This document shows positions 19,979 to 30,659 of a stretch of DNA of 64,000 nt, piece after piece. Location: NCBI RefSeq assembly GCF_028368995.1, contig NZ_JAQNDL010000001.1, positions 1,248,001 to 1,312,000 of the forward strand, given 5' to 3'. This DNA is from Nannocystis bainbridge. Its GTDB lineage: Bacteria; Myxococcota_A; Polyangia; Nannocystales; Nannocystaceae. A program made the translations under genes and the position numbers. The notes under the pieces are model-generated. The model did not search any database, was not told the origin of the DNA, and worked only from the letters and a program-made list of their open reading frames with translations. Within the stretch, counting starts at the first letter, position 1, and each line of letters opens with the position of its first letter.

Positions 19979-20207
19979 GCAATAATTGTAGGTGCGGGCG
20001 CGGGCGCGGCCAATGTGGGGTCAGCGAGCGCGGAGGCGGCGAAGACCGCGACCCGAGCGTCCGGCGGCCCCGCTCGTGGGCTTCACCGTCGAGGCCGGCG
20101 TCGAGGAGGCGGACGATCCGGACGGCCCTGTCCGGCGGGCGCGGGCGACCGTCACGAACGCGCGTGGTGCGCGGAAGGAATCGCAGCACCCTCGACGGGC
20201 GGAATGA

Positions 20208-20227
20208 TATGTCCCCGAGGACATGTG
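20208..20227. repeat. 14-bp-phased TGTC-N6-GACA element
   Basis: TATGTCCCCGAGGACATGTG. Confidence 0.6.
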
Positions 20228-20269
20228 GCGACCGTGCCGCGAACGCGGGCCGTGGAGATCCAGTGAAGC

Positions 20270-20665
20270 TCCGAGGAGTACGTCGCGCGGATGGACGACG
20301 TCCTCGACACCCTGGCGCAACCGGCCGACCGTCGGAGCCGGTCGTCGCGCTCGATGAACGGCCGGCCGCTCGTCCTGGCCGACCAGCCTCACCTGGCCGC
20401 ATGGCCCGCCAGGACTATGAATACGTTCGGCGCGGAACCGCAAATATCTTCTGTATCGTCGAGCCCAAGGCAGGGTGCCACCTGACCTATGCGACGCCGA
20501 ACTGCACGGCGAAGCAGTTCGCTCGAGCTCTCCGCAGAATAGCTCAACGATATCGTTCGGCGCGGACGATTCACCTCGTCATGGACAATCTCAACACGCA
20601 CCGGAAAACTCGTTGTGCACGACCTTCGGCGGTGTTGCGGGGCGCGAGCTCTGGAGCCGCTTTAC
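20270..20665 (+). pseudogene. IS630-family transposase remnant
   Basis: EYVARMDDVL, VVALDERP, DYEYVRRGTANIF, IHLVMDNLNTH; frameshifted. Confidence 0.85.
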
Positions 20666-20687
20666 GAGGAAGTGTTGCGGGTTCGGG

Positions 20688-20743
20688 GCGCGACCTTGAG
20701 AAGCTCTACGGCTTGTCCTGCCCGCGCTTCGCCGAGCCCGAAG
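20688..20743 (+). repeat. 56-bp copy of an internal aconitase segment (23460-23515)
   Basis: 54/56 identical; encodes RDLEKLYGLSCPRFAEPE. Confidence 0.9.
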
Positions 20744-20773
20744 CCGCTCCACATTGTGCTCGGGCGTGTCGTC

Positions 20774-21511
20774 CTAATCCCGACTAAGCGGCTCCAGATA
20801 TTTCCGGAGGGCTTCCCACGGCGGCTGATGGTGGCTGTCGAGTCTTCCCAAATGCTGCATAGACACATCTTGAATTCCGGCAGCCTTGTTGTGTGCGGAC
20901 CCCATGCCTTCCCAGCGGTTTGCCATTCTATGGCTGACGAGGAAATCGATAATCGCCTCGAAGCGCAAGGGGTCAACCTCCCGCGAGAGGAAGACAGCAT
21001 CCATCCCAGGTGCCTTCATGTAAGAAACGGGCCCGTCATCGAGTGTTCCGGCCATCAAGGCAATGAACTGCGAAGACAGAACATGTATAGCATCTGCCAT
21101 CTCGCGCATGACTCTTAGCGTTGGCACATCGGATTCAGCGAGTACCTTGGCGAGTTGCCGATACAGCCGATCCGGCACCTTCGGGGTCTGCATGCGATCG
21201 ACCGCGAGCAAAACAAGGCAGCTCTTGCCCAGTTCATTGTCAACGGACTGGATATCTCGGAGTTGCTCCTGAACCAAAGTATGAAGGCCAGGATCGTCGG
21301 CGCGTTGGCCGACATATAGAGAAACCGCTGCAAAGTTGCCCTGATCAACATACGGTCGCACCGTCTCGAGGAACGTCTCCGCGGCTCTTCGTTCCTTTTC
21401 GGAAGCGGTGTCTTCAACAGCTCCTCGCATAAGCGATAAGCCTGGAATGAGGTCAAGCACCCTCGCTAGGGTATTTCTGAAAATCTTCTTGTTGCGATCT
21501 TCTGACGGCAT
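20774..21511 (-). CDS. Hypothetical protein, lower-GC orphan
   Basis: Open frame from MPSEDRNKK with AT-richer codons than neighbours. Confidence 0.65.
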   Translation of the reverse strand: MPSEDRNKKIFRNTLARVLDLIPGLSLMRGAVEDTASEKERRAAETFLETVRPYVDQGNFAAVSLYVGQRADDPGLHTLVQEQLRDIQSVDNELGKSCLVLLAVDRMQTPKVPDRLYRQLAKVLAESDVPTLRVMREMADAIHVLSSQFIALMAGTLDDGPVSYMKAPGMDAVFLSREVDPLRFEAIIDFLVSHRMANRWEGMGSAHNKAAGIQDVSMQHLGRLDSHHQPPWEALRKYLEPLSRD

Positions 21512-21669
21512 CCCCACCAGGATCGGGCGTCCCATCAATGAATTCAAGAGTGAACTAGGCGCCGCGGCGCGCCGCTGGCCCGGCTCGAAGGTCGCGTCGC
21601 GCAGGTCGCGGTCGCTGCTCGGCGAGCTGAGCAGCTCGGCGATGATGATGTCCGGCAGTGGGCAGGCGA

Positions 21670-21800
21670 GGTCGGCGACCAAGCTCGACACCATCACCGA
21701 CCTCGTCGTCGGGCCCAGCGTCGGGGCCATCGTCCTCTCGCAGAAGAGGCTGGACGCCCAGTCCGGCGACCTGCGGGCGATTGTACTGGCGCGGGCTAAC
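21670..21800 (+). pseudogene. Possible TRAP DctP substrate-binding protein fragment
   Basis: ATKLDTITDLVVGPSVGAIVLSQKRLDAQSGDLRAIV resembles the DctP C-terminal region. Confidence 0.35.
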
Positions 21801-22221
21801 TCGCAGCCAGCTCCATCTTGATGGACCTCGATCGGCCGCTCGCCCACGCCCTCATCAACGCCGTGATGGTTCGGCCCGGTCTCATCGCCATCCGCGCGCT
21901 CGTCGACATGGAGCGCGAGCGACAGGACCGCGAGCGGGCCGCCGCCGCTGCCCGTGAGGCCGCCGAGGCCGCTGCCCGCGAGGCCGCCGAGGCCAGCGCT
22001 CGCGCCGAAGCCGAGGCGCAGGACCGTGCCGCGGCCGCGGTCGCCGAAGAAGCCCGCCGGGGCCGAGGAGCGCCGCCAGCACCGCCATCGCGCTCGGTGC
22101 AAGAGGGTGCTGATGGCGGCAAGGTCCTGATCGCCCGCCTGCTCGAGTGAGCGCAGGAGGCGAATCGTGCTCGTGCGCTTCCCGGCGTGACCCGGGCCCG
22201 GGCGGGCCGTAAGTTGTTATC

Positions 22222-24213
22222 ATGGCACCCCAGAACGTCGCACGGAAGCTCATCGCCTCGCACCTGCTCGAAGGGGAGATGATCCCAGGCCAGGAGATCG
22301 GCCTGCGCATCGACCAGACGCTGACCCAGGACGCCACCGGCACGCTGGTGATGCTCGAGCTCGAGGCGATGGGCCTCGAGCGGGCGGCCACCGAGGTTTC
22401 GGTGCAATACGTCGACCACAACCTGCTGCAGACCGACTTCAAGAATCCCGACGACCACCTGTTCCTCCAGGCGATCTGTCAGCGCTTCGGCATCTGGTAC
22501 AGCCGCCCGGGGAACGGCGTCAGCCATGCGGTGCACATGGAACGCTTCGGCAGGCCCGGACGCTCGCTGGCCGGCTCGGACAGCCATACCCCGGCCGCGG
22601 GCTCGATGGGCATGCTCGCCTTCGGCGCCGGCGGACTCGATGTGGCGTTCGCCATCGCCGGCGAACCGCTGTACCTGAGGATGCCGAAGATCCTCGGCGT
22701 CGAGCTGGTCGGCGCGCTGCCCCCCTGGGTTAGCGCCAAGGACCTCGTGCTCGAGATGCTGCGCCGGCACGACGTCAAGGGCTGCCGCGGCATGATCGTC
22801 GAGTACTTCGGCGACGGCCTGGCGGGGCTCACGGCGATGGACCGCCATGTCATTGCCAATATGGGCACCGAGCTCGGCGCAACCACCACGGTCTTCCCCT
22901 CCGACGAGCAGGTCCGGCGCTTCCTGCGCCTGCAACGCCGCGAGCAGGACTGGGTCGAGCTCATCGCCGACGCCGGCTGCGACTACGACCTAGTCGAGCG
23001 TATTGAGCTGCCGGCGCTCGAACCGCTGATTGCGTGCCCGTCGAGCCCCGGCAACGTGGTCCGCGTGCGCGAGGTCGAGGGCCGCCCGATCTACCAGTCG
23101 TACATCGGCTCCTCGGCCAACCCCGGCCTGCGCGACTTCTGGATCGCCGCCGAGATCGTCAAGGGCCTACGTGCGCACGAGCGCGTCTCGCTCGACATCA
23201 ACCCGACCTCGCGGGCGCTGATCGAGAACCTGGCGCGCCTGGGCTCGTTCCAGCAGTTGATCGCCGCCGGGGCGCGCTTCCACCAGGCCGGCTGCAACGG
23301 CTGCATCGGCATGGGCCAGGCTCCGGCCACTCACCAGATCAGCCTGCGCACCGTGCCGCGCAACTTCCCCGGCCGCTCGGGCACCAAGGAGGACCTGGTC
23401 TACCTGGTCAGCCCCGAGACCGCCGCCGCCTCGGCACTGGCCGGCGCCATCACCGATCCGCGCGACCTCGAGAAGCTCTACGGCCTGTCCTGCCCGCGCT
23501 TCGCCGAGCCCGAAGACCAGGCAATCAACCATGACCTGATCGCTCCCGCGCCTTCCGCCGGTATCGCCGAACGCTTCGAGCGGGGGCCCAACATCAAGGC
23601 GCTGCCGCTGTTCGCTCCGCTGGTCGACGACGCCGAGGTGCCGGTGCTGCTGAAGATGGACGATGACATCTCGACCGACGAGATCTTGATGGCGGGGGCG
23701 CGCGCGCTGCCCTTCCGTAGCAACATCCCCGCGATCAGCCAGTACGCCTTCTTCGCCATCGATGAGACCTTCGCCGCGCGTGCGCACGTCGCCAAGGAGC
23801 AGCACGGCGGTCACGTGGTCATCGCCGGCGACAACTACGGGCAGGGCTCGAGCCGCGAGCACGCCGCGCTCGCGCCGCGCTACCTCGGCCAGATCGCGGT
23901 GATCGCCAGGAGCTATGCGCGCATCGCCTGGCAGAACCTGGCGAACTTCGGCATCCTGGCGCTGACATTCGTCGATCCCGCCGACTACGATTGGATCGAG
24001 CAGGGCGACCAGTTCGCGTTCTCGGACCTGCGCGAGCGCGTCGCCGCGGGCGGTGTCATCGTGGTCCGCAACCTGACCCAGCGGCGCGACGTACGCTGCG
24101 CGCACCAGCTCAGCGAGCGCCAGGTGCGCGCAGTGCTCGCCGGCGGGCTGATCAACCAATTCCGGCAACAGCGCGGGGTGGGCAATGACGGCCCGCTGCG
24201 GTGCGCTCGTTGA
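22222..24213 (+). CDS. Aconitate hydratase (short ~660-aa type)
   Basis: TQDATGT, VDHN, GSDSHT, GCNGCIGMG, RNFPGRSG, NYGQGSSREHAA. Confidence 0.93.
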   Translation: MAPQNVARKLIASHLLEGEMIPGQEIGLRIDQTLTQDATGTLVMLELEAMGLERAATEVSVQYVDHNLLQTDFKNPDDHLFLQAICQRFGIWYSRPGNGVSHAVHMERFGRPGRSLAGSDSHTPAAGSMGMLAFGAGGLDVAFAIAGEPLYLRMPKILGVELVGALPPWVSAKDLVLEMLRRHDVKGCRGMIVEYFGDGLAGLTAMDRHVIANMGTELGATTTVFPSDEQVRRFLRLQRREQDWVELIADAGCDYDLVERIELPALEPLIACPSSPGNVVRVREVEGRPIYQSYIGSSANPGLRDFWIAAEIVKGLRAHERVSLDINPTSRALIENLARLGSFQQLIAAGARFHQAGCNGCIGMGQAPATHQISLRTVPRNFPGRSGTKEDLVYLVSPETAAASALAGAITDPRDLEKLYGLSCPRFAEPEDQAINHDLIAPAPSAGIAERFERGPNIKALPLFAPLVDDAEVPVLLKMDDDISTDEILMAGARALPFRSNIPAISQYAFFAIDETFAARAHVAKEQHGGHVVIAGDNYGQGSSREHAALAPRYLGQIAVIARSYARIAWQNLANFGILALTFVDPADYDWIEQGDQFAFSDLRERVAAGGVIVVRNLTQRRDVRCAHQLSERQVRAVLAGGLINQFRQQRGVGNDGPLRCAR

Positions 24214-24576
24214 CAGCCACGCGGATCGCCGCGTAGCGTCGGGCCGATGTGGAAGTGCCTCGTCCTCGCCATGTTCGCGGTCGCTTGCGGTGAGGCCGGG
24301 CCCAGCGCGATCGCCAAGGTCCAGGCGGCGCATCGCCGGCCCCTCGCGCGCGCGTCGCGGTCACCCGTCGGGCTGCACCGCCAGCAATTCGACGATCTCG
24401 CCGGCGTGGTTCGAGGATTCAGTCTACTCCGTTGCGTCGTCGGAGGACGAAGCTATTTGCTTGGTAACCCGCTCGGAGGACATCTGGACGCAGTATGTGC
24501 TGGACGACGAGACGTTCGATGACCGTTTGGTAGCCGGCTTCACAAAAACGTCGAAATGATAATTCGGGAGCGATCG

Positions 24577-24595
24577 GCGGGAATTTAATTCCCGC
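24577..24595. other. Short inverted repeat (terminator or operator)
   Basis: GCGGGAAT-TTA-ATTCCCGC. Confidence 0.4.
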
Positions 24596-24623
24596 TGTTG
24601 AATCGATGTGGTAGGGCTAAAGC

Positions 24624-25169
24624 ATGTCGCCTATACAAGCCCTTCAACTCGCTCGTACGGCGAGCGCGACACCGAAGAGCCCGATCGGTCTCCTCAAGGT
24701 TGTGTTCATTCTCGGCTACGGGACCCCAGGCTCGGTGGTTTTCGCTCGCCTCGATGTGATGGGGACCGCCGAGCGTGCGCTGCTCTTGGGATTCTTGATG
24801 TTCTATCCGCTCGTCATTTTATCGGTCCTGTATTTGCTGGTGTCGAGGCATTACCCAAAGCTGTACACCCCCTATGACTTTCGAGAAGAAGCCCACTTCC
24901 TCGCATTGGCCCGAATGCAAAGTTCGAAGTCCATGAAGATTCATGACAAGAGGGATTCCGCTGTCCAAGAACCGTCGGGCGGGGCAGTGCTGGGCCCGCT
25001 CAAGCTGGAGCCGGCACCTCGCATTGCGACGGATGAGACGTCCGAGGGGCAAGAGCTCGACCTTCCCGCTCCTCGCGGAGGAGGCAGCAAAAGGCGCAGG
25101 GCGAGCGCGTCGACCCCGAATTCAGAGGTCGAGGAGCGCGCCCCCCTCCGACGTGGCTCCCCCGCATGA
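24624..25169 (+). CDS. Two-TM hypothetical protein, lower GC, possibly truncated
   Basis: Two hydrophobic helices followed by LVSRHYPKLYTPYDF. Confidence 0.55.
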   Translation: MSPIQALQLARTASATPKSPIGLLKVVFILGYGTPGSVVFARLDVMGTAERALLLGFLMFYPLVILSVLYLLVSRHYPKLYTPYDFREEAHFLALARMQSSKSMKIHDKRDSAVQEPSGGAVLGPLKLEPAPRIATDETSEGQELDLPAPRGGGSKRRRASASTPNSEVEERAPLRRGSPA

Positions 25170-25804
25170 CGGAACAGGACCTCCGCACGGTCGCACTGGT
25201 CAGAGGGGCGGTGGGTCGTGTGCGGCCTCCTGGCGCAGCTTGGAGCACACGTGCAGAAGCACCGCGCTGCGGGGGTCGACGCTGCCGCGGGCCTGTATCG
25301 TCCCACGACCACGACCGCGAGCCTGGCACGCGTTGCCGCCACCGCCGTGCGGGGCGTCTCCGGGGTTAGGACCGCCGAGGACGCCGCACAGGCGCTCCAG
25401 GCGAGCGAGGAGCGTCGACTGCTTGCCCTCGACTCGGCCGAGCTCGGGGGCCTGGCGCTCAAGCTGTTGCATCCGCGGTTGGCGGCGGACGCCGACCCGT
25501 TCAGGACGGGCATCCACCGCCACGGGCCGCTGCCTACAGCAGGAGCGCGTAGAGGTCGTTCCCCTGCGGCCGGACCGCCTTGAGATAGCGACCAATCTCA
25601 CCTGCGTCGGATGTCTCATCCAAGGTCCCCTCGGAAGCAGACCTCGCTGGGCTTGGCACGACTGCGCCCGGACCGTAACTGTGAGGCCGCGCGGCGTCCG
25701 GCACGCGGCCCGGGTGCAGCGAAATGGTTGTAACAGCGGCGAGGCGACGGGGACTCAAGGGCGACGGCGGCCGTGGGGCCGCGCCACCTCTTGAGGTTCC
25801 TTCG

Positions 25805-27637
25805 ATGCGTCTCTTATTGCAATCTTCGACCCTAAGCGCGGTGTTTACGATCGCGCCGTCCGTGCTGGCCGCTCCACCGCACATCAATTCACTGTCGTCA
25901 GCCTTCGTGGTCCACAACGGGCGCGTGCGGATCGCCGGCACCGATTTCGGCAAGGCGCCCGGGCTCGTCGCGGGCGCGAGCGTGGAGATCGGCGGGGTAC
26001 CGGTTGCGACCGCGCGCTGGGCGGAGACGGCGATCAGCGCGTACGTCACGGCCGACGTGCCGCTCGGGGACACGACGATTCGCGTGATCACGAGCGAGGG
26101 CGCGAGCGAGGCGGCGCCGCTGACGATCGAGCCGCTGCCGCCAGCCGACGGAAGAATCGCGTGGCGCTTCCAGGTCGACGGTATGGGGATTCAGCACCGC
26201 AGCGGGATCGGCCCTGATGGGACGGTGATCGCCGTCGACGCGCTGGGATTCGTTTATGCGCTCGGGCACGACGGGCTGTTGCGGTGGATCCACGACGGGC
26301 CGCGGCGGGCGGGTCACGAGCACGGCAGCGGCAGCGAGGGACCGGTGGCGGTCGGAGCCGACGGATCGAGCTACGTGGGGATCCAGCCGCTCGGTCCGGA
26401 CCTACACTTGCACGCGCTGGCGCCCGACGGGTCGCTGAAGTGGATCCTCAACGAGCCGTGGGCCCACACCGTGTCGGGGCCGGCGATCGGGCCCGAGGGC
26501 GACGTGTACTGGGCGGTGACGGCTGCGGGCGGTGGACTGCAGCGGATCAAGCCGTCAGGGGAGTTGGTGTGGGACCACGCCGGCCAGCCGAAGCTCGACG
26601 CGTCGTTTTACGAGCGCTCGCACGAGCTGGTGTTCGGGCCGTCGCGCCCGAACGGGCCGCTCGATCAGGCGTACTTCGCGGTGACGCTCGGCGATCTGTA
26701 TCAGGGGATGCCGACGCCGCCGTTCCTGTTTGGGTTCGACCTCGATGGCCAGCAGCGATTCGCCACCTACGTGCAATCACTGTCGGGCTCGTTCGGCCCG
26801 CGCGGCCAGGCGGCGGTGGGGCCCGACGGCCGGGTGTATCTCTCGAGTTGGGGGCTCCCCGAGGGCTGGGGCTTGCACGCGTACGAGCCCGGCGGCGGAT
26901 CGCGGGTGTGGTCGTATTATCCGGACCCCGGCAACGTGGTGTCGACGCCGGAGTTCGACGCGGACGGCAATGTGTACGTGATGCACGACGGGGCGTACTT
27001 GACGTCGCTCGACGCCGCGGGGTCGCTGCGCTGGGAGATCGGGATGGAGCCGGGATCGCGGCTGGGACCGTCGCTCAGCCCCGATGGTGGCACGCTCCTG
27101 ATCGACGGGATGGACAGTGCGCCCGACGGCGAGTTGGACGCCTACGACGCGGCGACGGGGACGCAGCTGTGGAAGATCCCGTTCCCGATCGAGAACGGTA
27201 CGTATCAGATGCCGAGCGCGCGGGCGCGGTTCACGGCCGACGGGACGCGGGCGTATGTCAGCACCGTGATTGGCGGACAGCCCGAGGAGGATGTGTACGG
27301 CTGGCTCTACGCGATCGACGTCGAGGAGGCGCCGCATCCTGGGGAAACGACGGGCGGCGAGGAGAGCGCGACCGGCGAGACCGCGACGAGCACGAGCGCG
27401 GGGGAGACGAGCGGCGAGATGCCGACGACTTCACCGGTGGAGGGTTCGACGGGCACCGGCACGGGCGAGGACGATGGCGGCGATGGCGGGTCCTCGGCCG
27501 GAGAGACGGGCGCGGAGGCGGATCCCGGGGCGGAGGGCTGCGGCTGCCGCAGCATGAACGGCAGCGGGGCGGGCTGGTTGCTTGCGCCGTTGTGGTGGAA
27601 GCTTCGCCGATGCTCGCGTCGCCGGCCCAACCGGTAG
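25805..27637 (+). CDS. Secreted IPT/TIG plus PQQ-like beta-propeller protein with MYXO-CTERM
   Basis: RVRIAGTDFG...WAETAI TIG motif; LKW/LRW blades; GCGCRS...WLLAPLWWKLRR tail. Confidence 0.85.
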   Translation: MRLLLQSSTLSAVFTIAPSVLAAPPHINSLSSAFVVHNGRVRIAGTDFGKAPGLVAGASVEIGGVPVATARWAETAISAYVTADVPLGDTTIRVITSEGASEAAPLTIEPLPPADGRIAWRFQVDGMGIQHRSGIGPDGTVIAVDALGFVYALGHDGLLRWIHDGPRRAGHEHGSGSEGPVAVGADGSSYVGIQPLGPDLHLHALAPDGSLKWILNEPWAHTVSGPAIGPEGDVYWAVTAAGGGLQRIKPSGELVWDHAGQPKLDASFYERSHELVFGPSRPNGPLDQAYFAVTLGDLYQGMPTPPFLFGFDLDGQQRFATYVQSLSGSFGPRGQAAVGPDGRVYLSSWGLPEGWGLHAYEPGGGSRVWSYYPDPGNVVSTPEFDADGNVYVMHDGAYLTSLDAAGSLRWEIGMEPGSRLGPSLSPDGGTLLIDGMDSAPDGELDAYDAATGTQLWKIPFPIENGTYQMPSARARFTADGTRAYVSTVIGGQPEEDVYGWLYAIDVEEAPHPGETTGGEESATGETATSTSAGETSGEMPTTSPVEGSTGTGTGEDDGGDGGSSAGETGAEADPGAEGCGCRSMNGSGAGWLLAPLWWKLRRCSRRRPNR

Positions 27638-27849
27638 TAGGACCTTAAGGTCCCATCTCGATGGTCTGCCACGGCTCACAGCTCGGGCCGCCTCACCAGC
27701 ACGGGGATCATCATCGGCACGCCGATGTGCATGTCCCGGGAGCAGGCCCAGACCTGCCCGCCCCGCTGGGCCCTGCGCTCCGCAGTCACCGGCGCCCACG
27801 TCTTCTTCGCCGCGTGGGGCAAGTTCGAGCCCTACTCCGCCAGCGACGC

Positions 27850-28300
27850 GCAAGCGGCTATACACGTCCGGCTCACCGTCACCGGCGAGGCCGGCGCGGA
27901 ACGCCGCGACCGCCTCGGCCTCGCGCCCGAGCGGCACGATCTGCTTGCCCCGCTGCAGATGCAGCAGCGCCAGCCGCGGCTCTGCAGTCAATGCCCTTTC
28001 GGACAGGTCGAGCTTCACCTCGGGCGCCATCGGCCCGTCCTGCAGCGCATGTGCGACGAGGAAGATCTCGTGGGCAACGGCCCCGGCCGCGAGCTGACCC
28101 GCGAGCCAGCGATCGGAGCGGCAGTGGAACCATCCGGGCGCCAGACTCTCGACTTCCGCGTAGGCGGCTTCCGCTTCGGCATAGCGCCGCAGGTGGAGCA
28201 GGGTGAAGGCGGCCTGGTAACGACAGTGCGGATCGTGGCGATCGGCGGCCGCAGCCCGCTCGAAGTGAGCGAGGGCCTCGGCGTGTTCGCCCTCGCCGCC
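27850..28300 (-). pseudogene. TPR-repeat protein fragment
   Basis: AEALAHFERA...YAEAEAAYAEV TPR helices; no credible start or end. Confidence 0.55.
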
Positions 28301-28462
28301 GCAGGCCTCTCCCGCCCCGGTGGCCTCGGGCTCGAAGCCCGGGACCAACATCCTCGCCGTCGACACCGACGCGCTGCAGGCGAGCCGAACATCACGGCGA
28401 CGAGAGTGACGGTGAGCATGCCCGAAAGGTGACGCGATACCGCGCCAGATCGAGCGGCGACC

Positions 28463-29218
28463 TCACCAGGGGATCGGGCCGTCGTCGTTGGAGAACGTAC
28501 CTGTCGGTCCGTCCGGCCCGAGCAGCGCCAGCCGCACCGGCTCGCGCGCGCCCTCGACGACGCTCCGCGGCCCGCTGTGAGCGTTGAGATCGGTCGCCGT
28601 GTAGCCGGGGCACGCGGCGTTGACCTTGATCGGGGTGTCGGCGAGCTCCTGCGCGAACGCGATGGTCACGGCATTGAGCGCGCTCTTCGACGGGCCGTAG
28701 GCGACACCGCCGACGCCGCGGAACGGATATGCGGGATCGCTGATCGAGGTCAGCGAGCCGATGCCGCTCGACACGTTGACGATCCGCCCCGCCGGCGCCG
28801 CGCGGAGCAGCGGCAGCATCGCCTGCGTCACGGCGATGACGCCGAAGACGTTGGTCTCGAACACCGCCCGGACGTCCGCCAGCGAGGCCACGCTCGGCGC
28901 CCCGCTGCGGGTGATGGCGGCGAGCGACGCGTCTCCGGCCGCGCCGCCATGGGCGATGCCAGCGTTGTTGACGAGGACGTCGAGCCGCCCGAGCTCGCGC
29001 TGGATCCACGCGGCGGCGGTTGCGATCGTGGCGGCATCGGTGACGTCGAGCACGAGCGAGCGGGCGTCGCCGGTGATCTGTTTCGCCGCGGCCTCGCCGC
29101 GCGCGCGGTCGCGGGCGCCGACGAGCACCGTGTAGCCGCGCGCCGCGAGCTCCCTGGCGATCTGAAGGCCGATACCTTTGTTGGCCCCGGTGACCAGGGC
29201 GACGAATTTGTCATGCAT
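28463..29218 (-). CDS. Short-chain dehydrogenase/reductase
   Basis: TGANKGIG, NNAG, YGPSK. Confidence 0.95.
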   Translation of the reverse strand: MHDKFVALVTGANKGIGLQIARELAARGYTVLVGARDRARGEAAAKQITGDARSLVLDVTDAATIATAAAWIQRELGRLDVLVNNAGIAHGGAAGDASLAAITRSGAPSVASLADVRAVFETNVFGVIAVTQAMLPLLRAAPAGRIVNVSSGIGSLTSISDPAYPFRGVGGVAYGPSKSALNAVTIAFAQELADTPIKVNAACPGYTATDLNAHSGPRSVVEGAREPVRLALLGPDGPTGTFSNDDGPIPW

Positions 29219-29320
29219 GGCCCCGTGATAGCGATCGCCAGCGGCGCTGCCTTGGTGATCCTTGGCACGGAGACGCCTCCGCCAAGAATGCCCAAGCCGC
29301 CCCGGCGCGCTCGCCCTATC

Positions 29321-30088
29321 ATGAAGCGCGTGGCGATCCGCACCGACATCCTCGCGGTCTCCGTGCCCGGTCTACGGGCAGTGCGCTGGTCCACCGACGA
29401 GCTCCATGCGGGGATGAAGGAGACGTACTCGATCGCGCGCGTCGAAACCGGCCGCTCGGAGTGGTGGTGCGGCGGCAAGGTGTGGCGCTGCGAGCCAGGC
29501 TCGTTGCAGCTCGCCGGGCCCGGGCAGGTCCATCGCGACGTCTCGCGTGACGGCCCGAGCACGGCCCAGATCGTCTCGTTTGCGGCCTCCACTGTCGAAA
29601 GCGCGATCGGCCCGGTCCGGGTACGTCCGCAGCTCACCGCCGACGATGCCCGCGGCGCCGCGTTCCAGCGCCTTCACGACGCCGTCCACGCCCGCGCCGA
29701 TCGCCTCGAGCTGGAGGTCGCGGTCGCCGAGGGGATCGCCGCGCTCGCGTCGATCGGCGACGCGACGTTCGAACACACGCGACCGGTCCGGCGATCGCTC
29801 GAGCTGTTGCGCGAGCGACTCGCCGATCCCGTCACGCTCGACGATCTCGCCGCGTACGCCGGCCTCGACAAGTTCCACCTGTGCCGGGCGTTCCGTTCGC
29901 AGGTCGGGATGCCACCACACGCCTATTTTACGCGGCTGCGGATCTTGCGGGCCAAGCAGCTGTTGGCCGCCGGGGTGAAGCCTCGTGACATCGCCCCGCA
30001 GGTCGGGCTGTACGACCAGAGCCAGCTCAATCGGCACTTCCGCCGCATCGTCGGCACGACCCCGGGCCAGTACGCGCGCGGCCTCTGA
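29321..30088 (+). CDS. AraC-family transcriptional regulator
   Basis: TLDDLAAYAGLDKFHLCRAF...GLYDQSQLNRHFRRIVGTTPGQY; divergent from the SDR. Confidence 0.92.
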   Translation: MKRVAIRTDILAVSVPGLRAVRWSTDELHAGMKETYSIARVETGRSEWWCGGKVWRCEPGSLQLAGPGQVHRDVSRDGPSTAQIVSFAASTVESAIGPVRVRPQLTADDARGAAFQRLHDAVHARADRLELEVAVAEGIAALASIGDATFEHTRPVRRSLELLRERLADPVTLDDLAAYAGLDKFHLCRAFRSQVGMPPHAYFTRLRILRAKQLLAAGVKPRDIAPQVGLYDQSQLNRHFRRIVGTTPGQYARGL

Positions 30089-30204
30089 CGCACAGGTCGA
30101 GACGGCCGAGCGCGACGCCACAGCGTGAGGTCCGACAGCCGCGGCCGAGCGCGGGACCATCCGAAATCTGGGGGTAGGAGGAAGGGTCATGATCACTGCT
30201 GCGT

Positions 30205-30385
30205 TCGTGCGCGAGTACAAGCCTCGCGCGATGAAGTCACGTGCGACGCGCTCCCCGGGTTCATTCTGCGGGTTCTGCTCACCGGGAAGAAGGTTGCGCT
30301 GATCCGCTACCGCATCGACGGGAAGGACCGCCGGGTCAAGATCGGGCTGCTCGGGCCCGCACTGTCGATCGACGAGGGCGCAGCG
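30205..30385 (+). pseudogene. Tyrosine integrase arm-DNA-binding domain fragment
   Basis: DALPGFILRVLLTGKKVALIRYRIDGKDRRVKIG. Confidence 0.7.
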
Positions 30386-30624
30386 GCGTGCTGCCGTCAT
30401 GCTCGCTGACGTCACAGCCGACGCGAGCGACGATGAGCCGCCGGTCCCGCGGGCCGCGGGCAGGGCCGCGCGAGTGAAACAGGTGGAATCGGCGTCGTTC
30501 AGATCGTCACGCTCCGCCAGCTCGCCGAGCGTGCGCTGCTTCCAGACCCGGCGGGGGCGCCGCTGCGGAGCCGCGAAGACGGCGCCTCCGCCTCGGCAGC
30601 GCGGCCAGACCGCTCCCTAGCGCA

Positions 30625-30659
30625 AGAGTCTGTCACAGGTCGGGCCTGTGACAGACTCT
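30625..30659. repeat. Perfect 15-bp inverted repeat
   Basis: AGAGTCTGTCACAGG-TCGGG-CCTGTGACAGACTCT. Confidence 0.85.

Noticed and set aside
16788-20402. Very long Arg/Pro-rich ORFs (also 34331-36985, 38060-41404, 6512-8605)
   Set aside because: Shadow frames of real genes in high-GC DNA; no recognisable motifs
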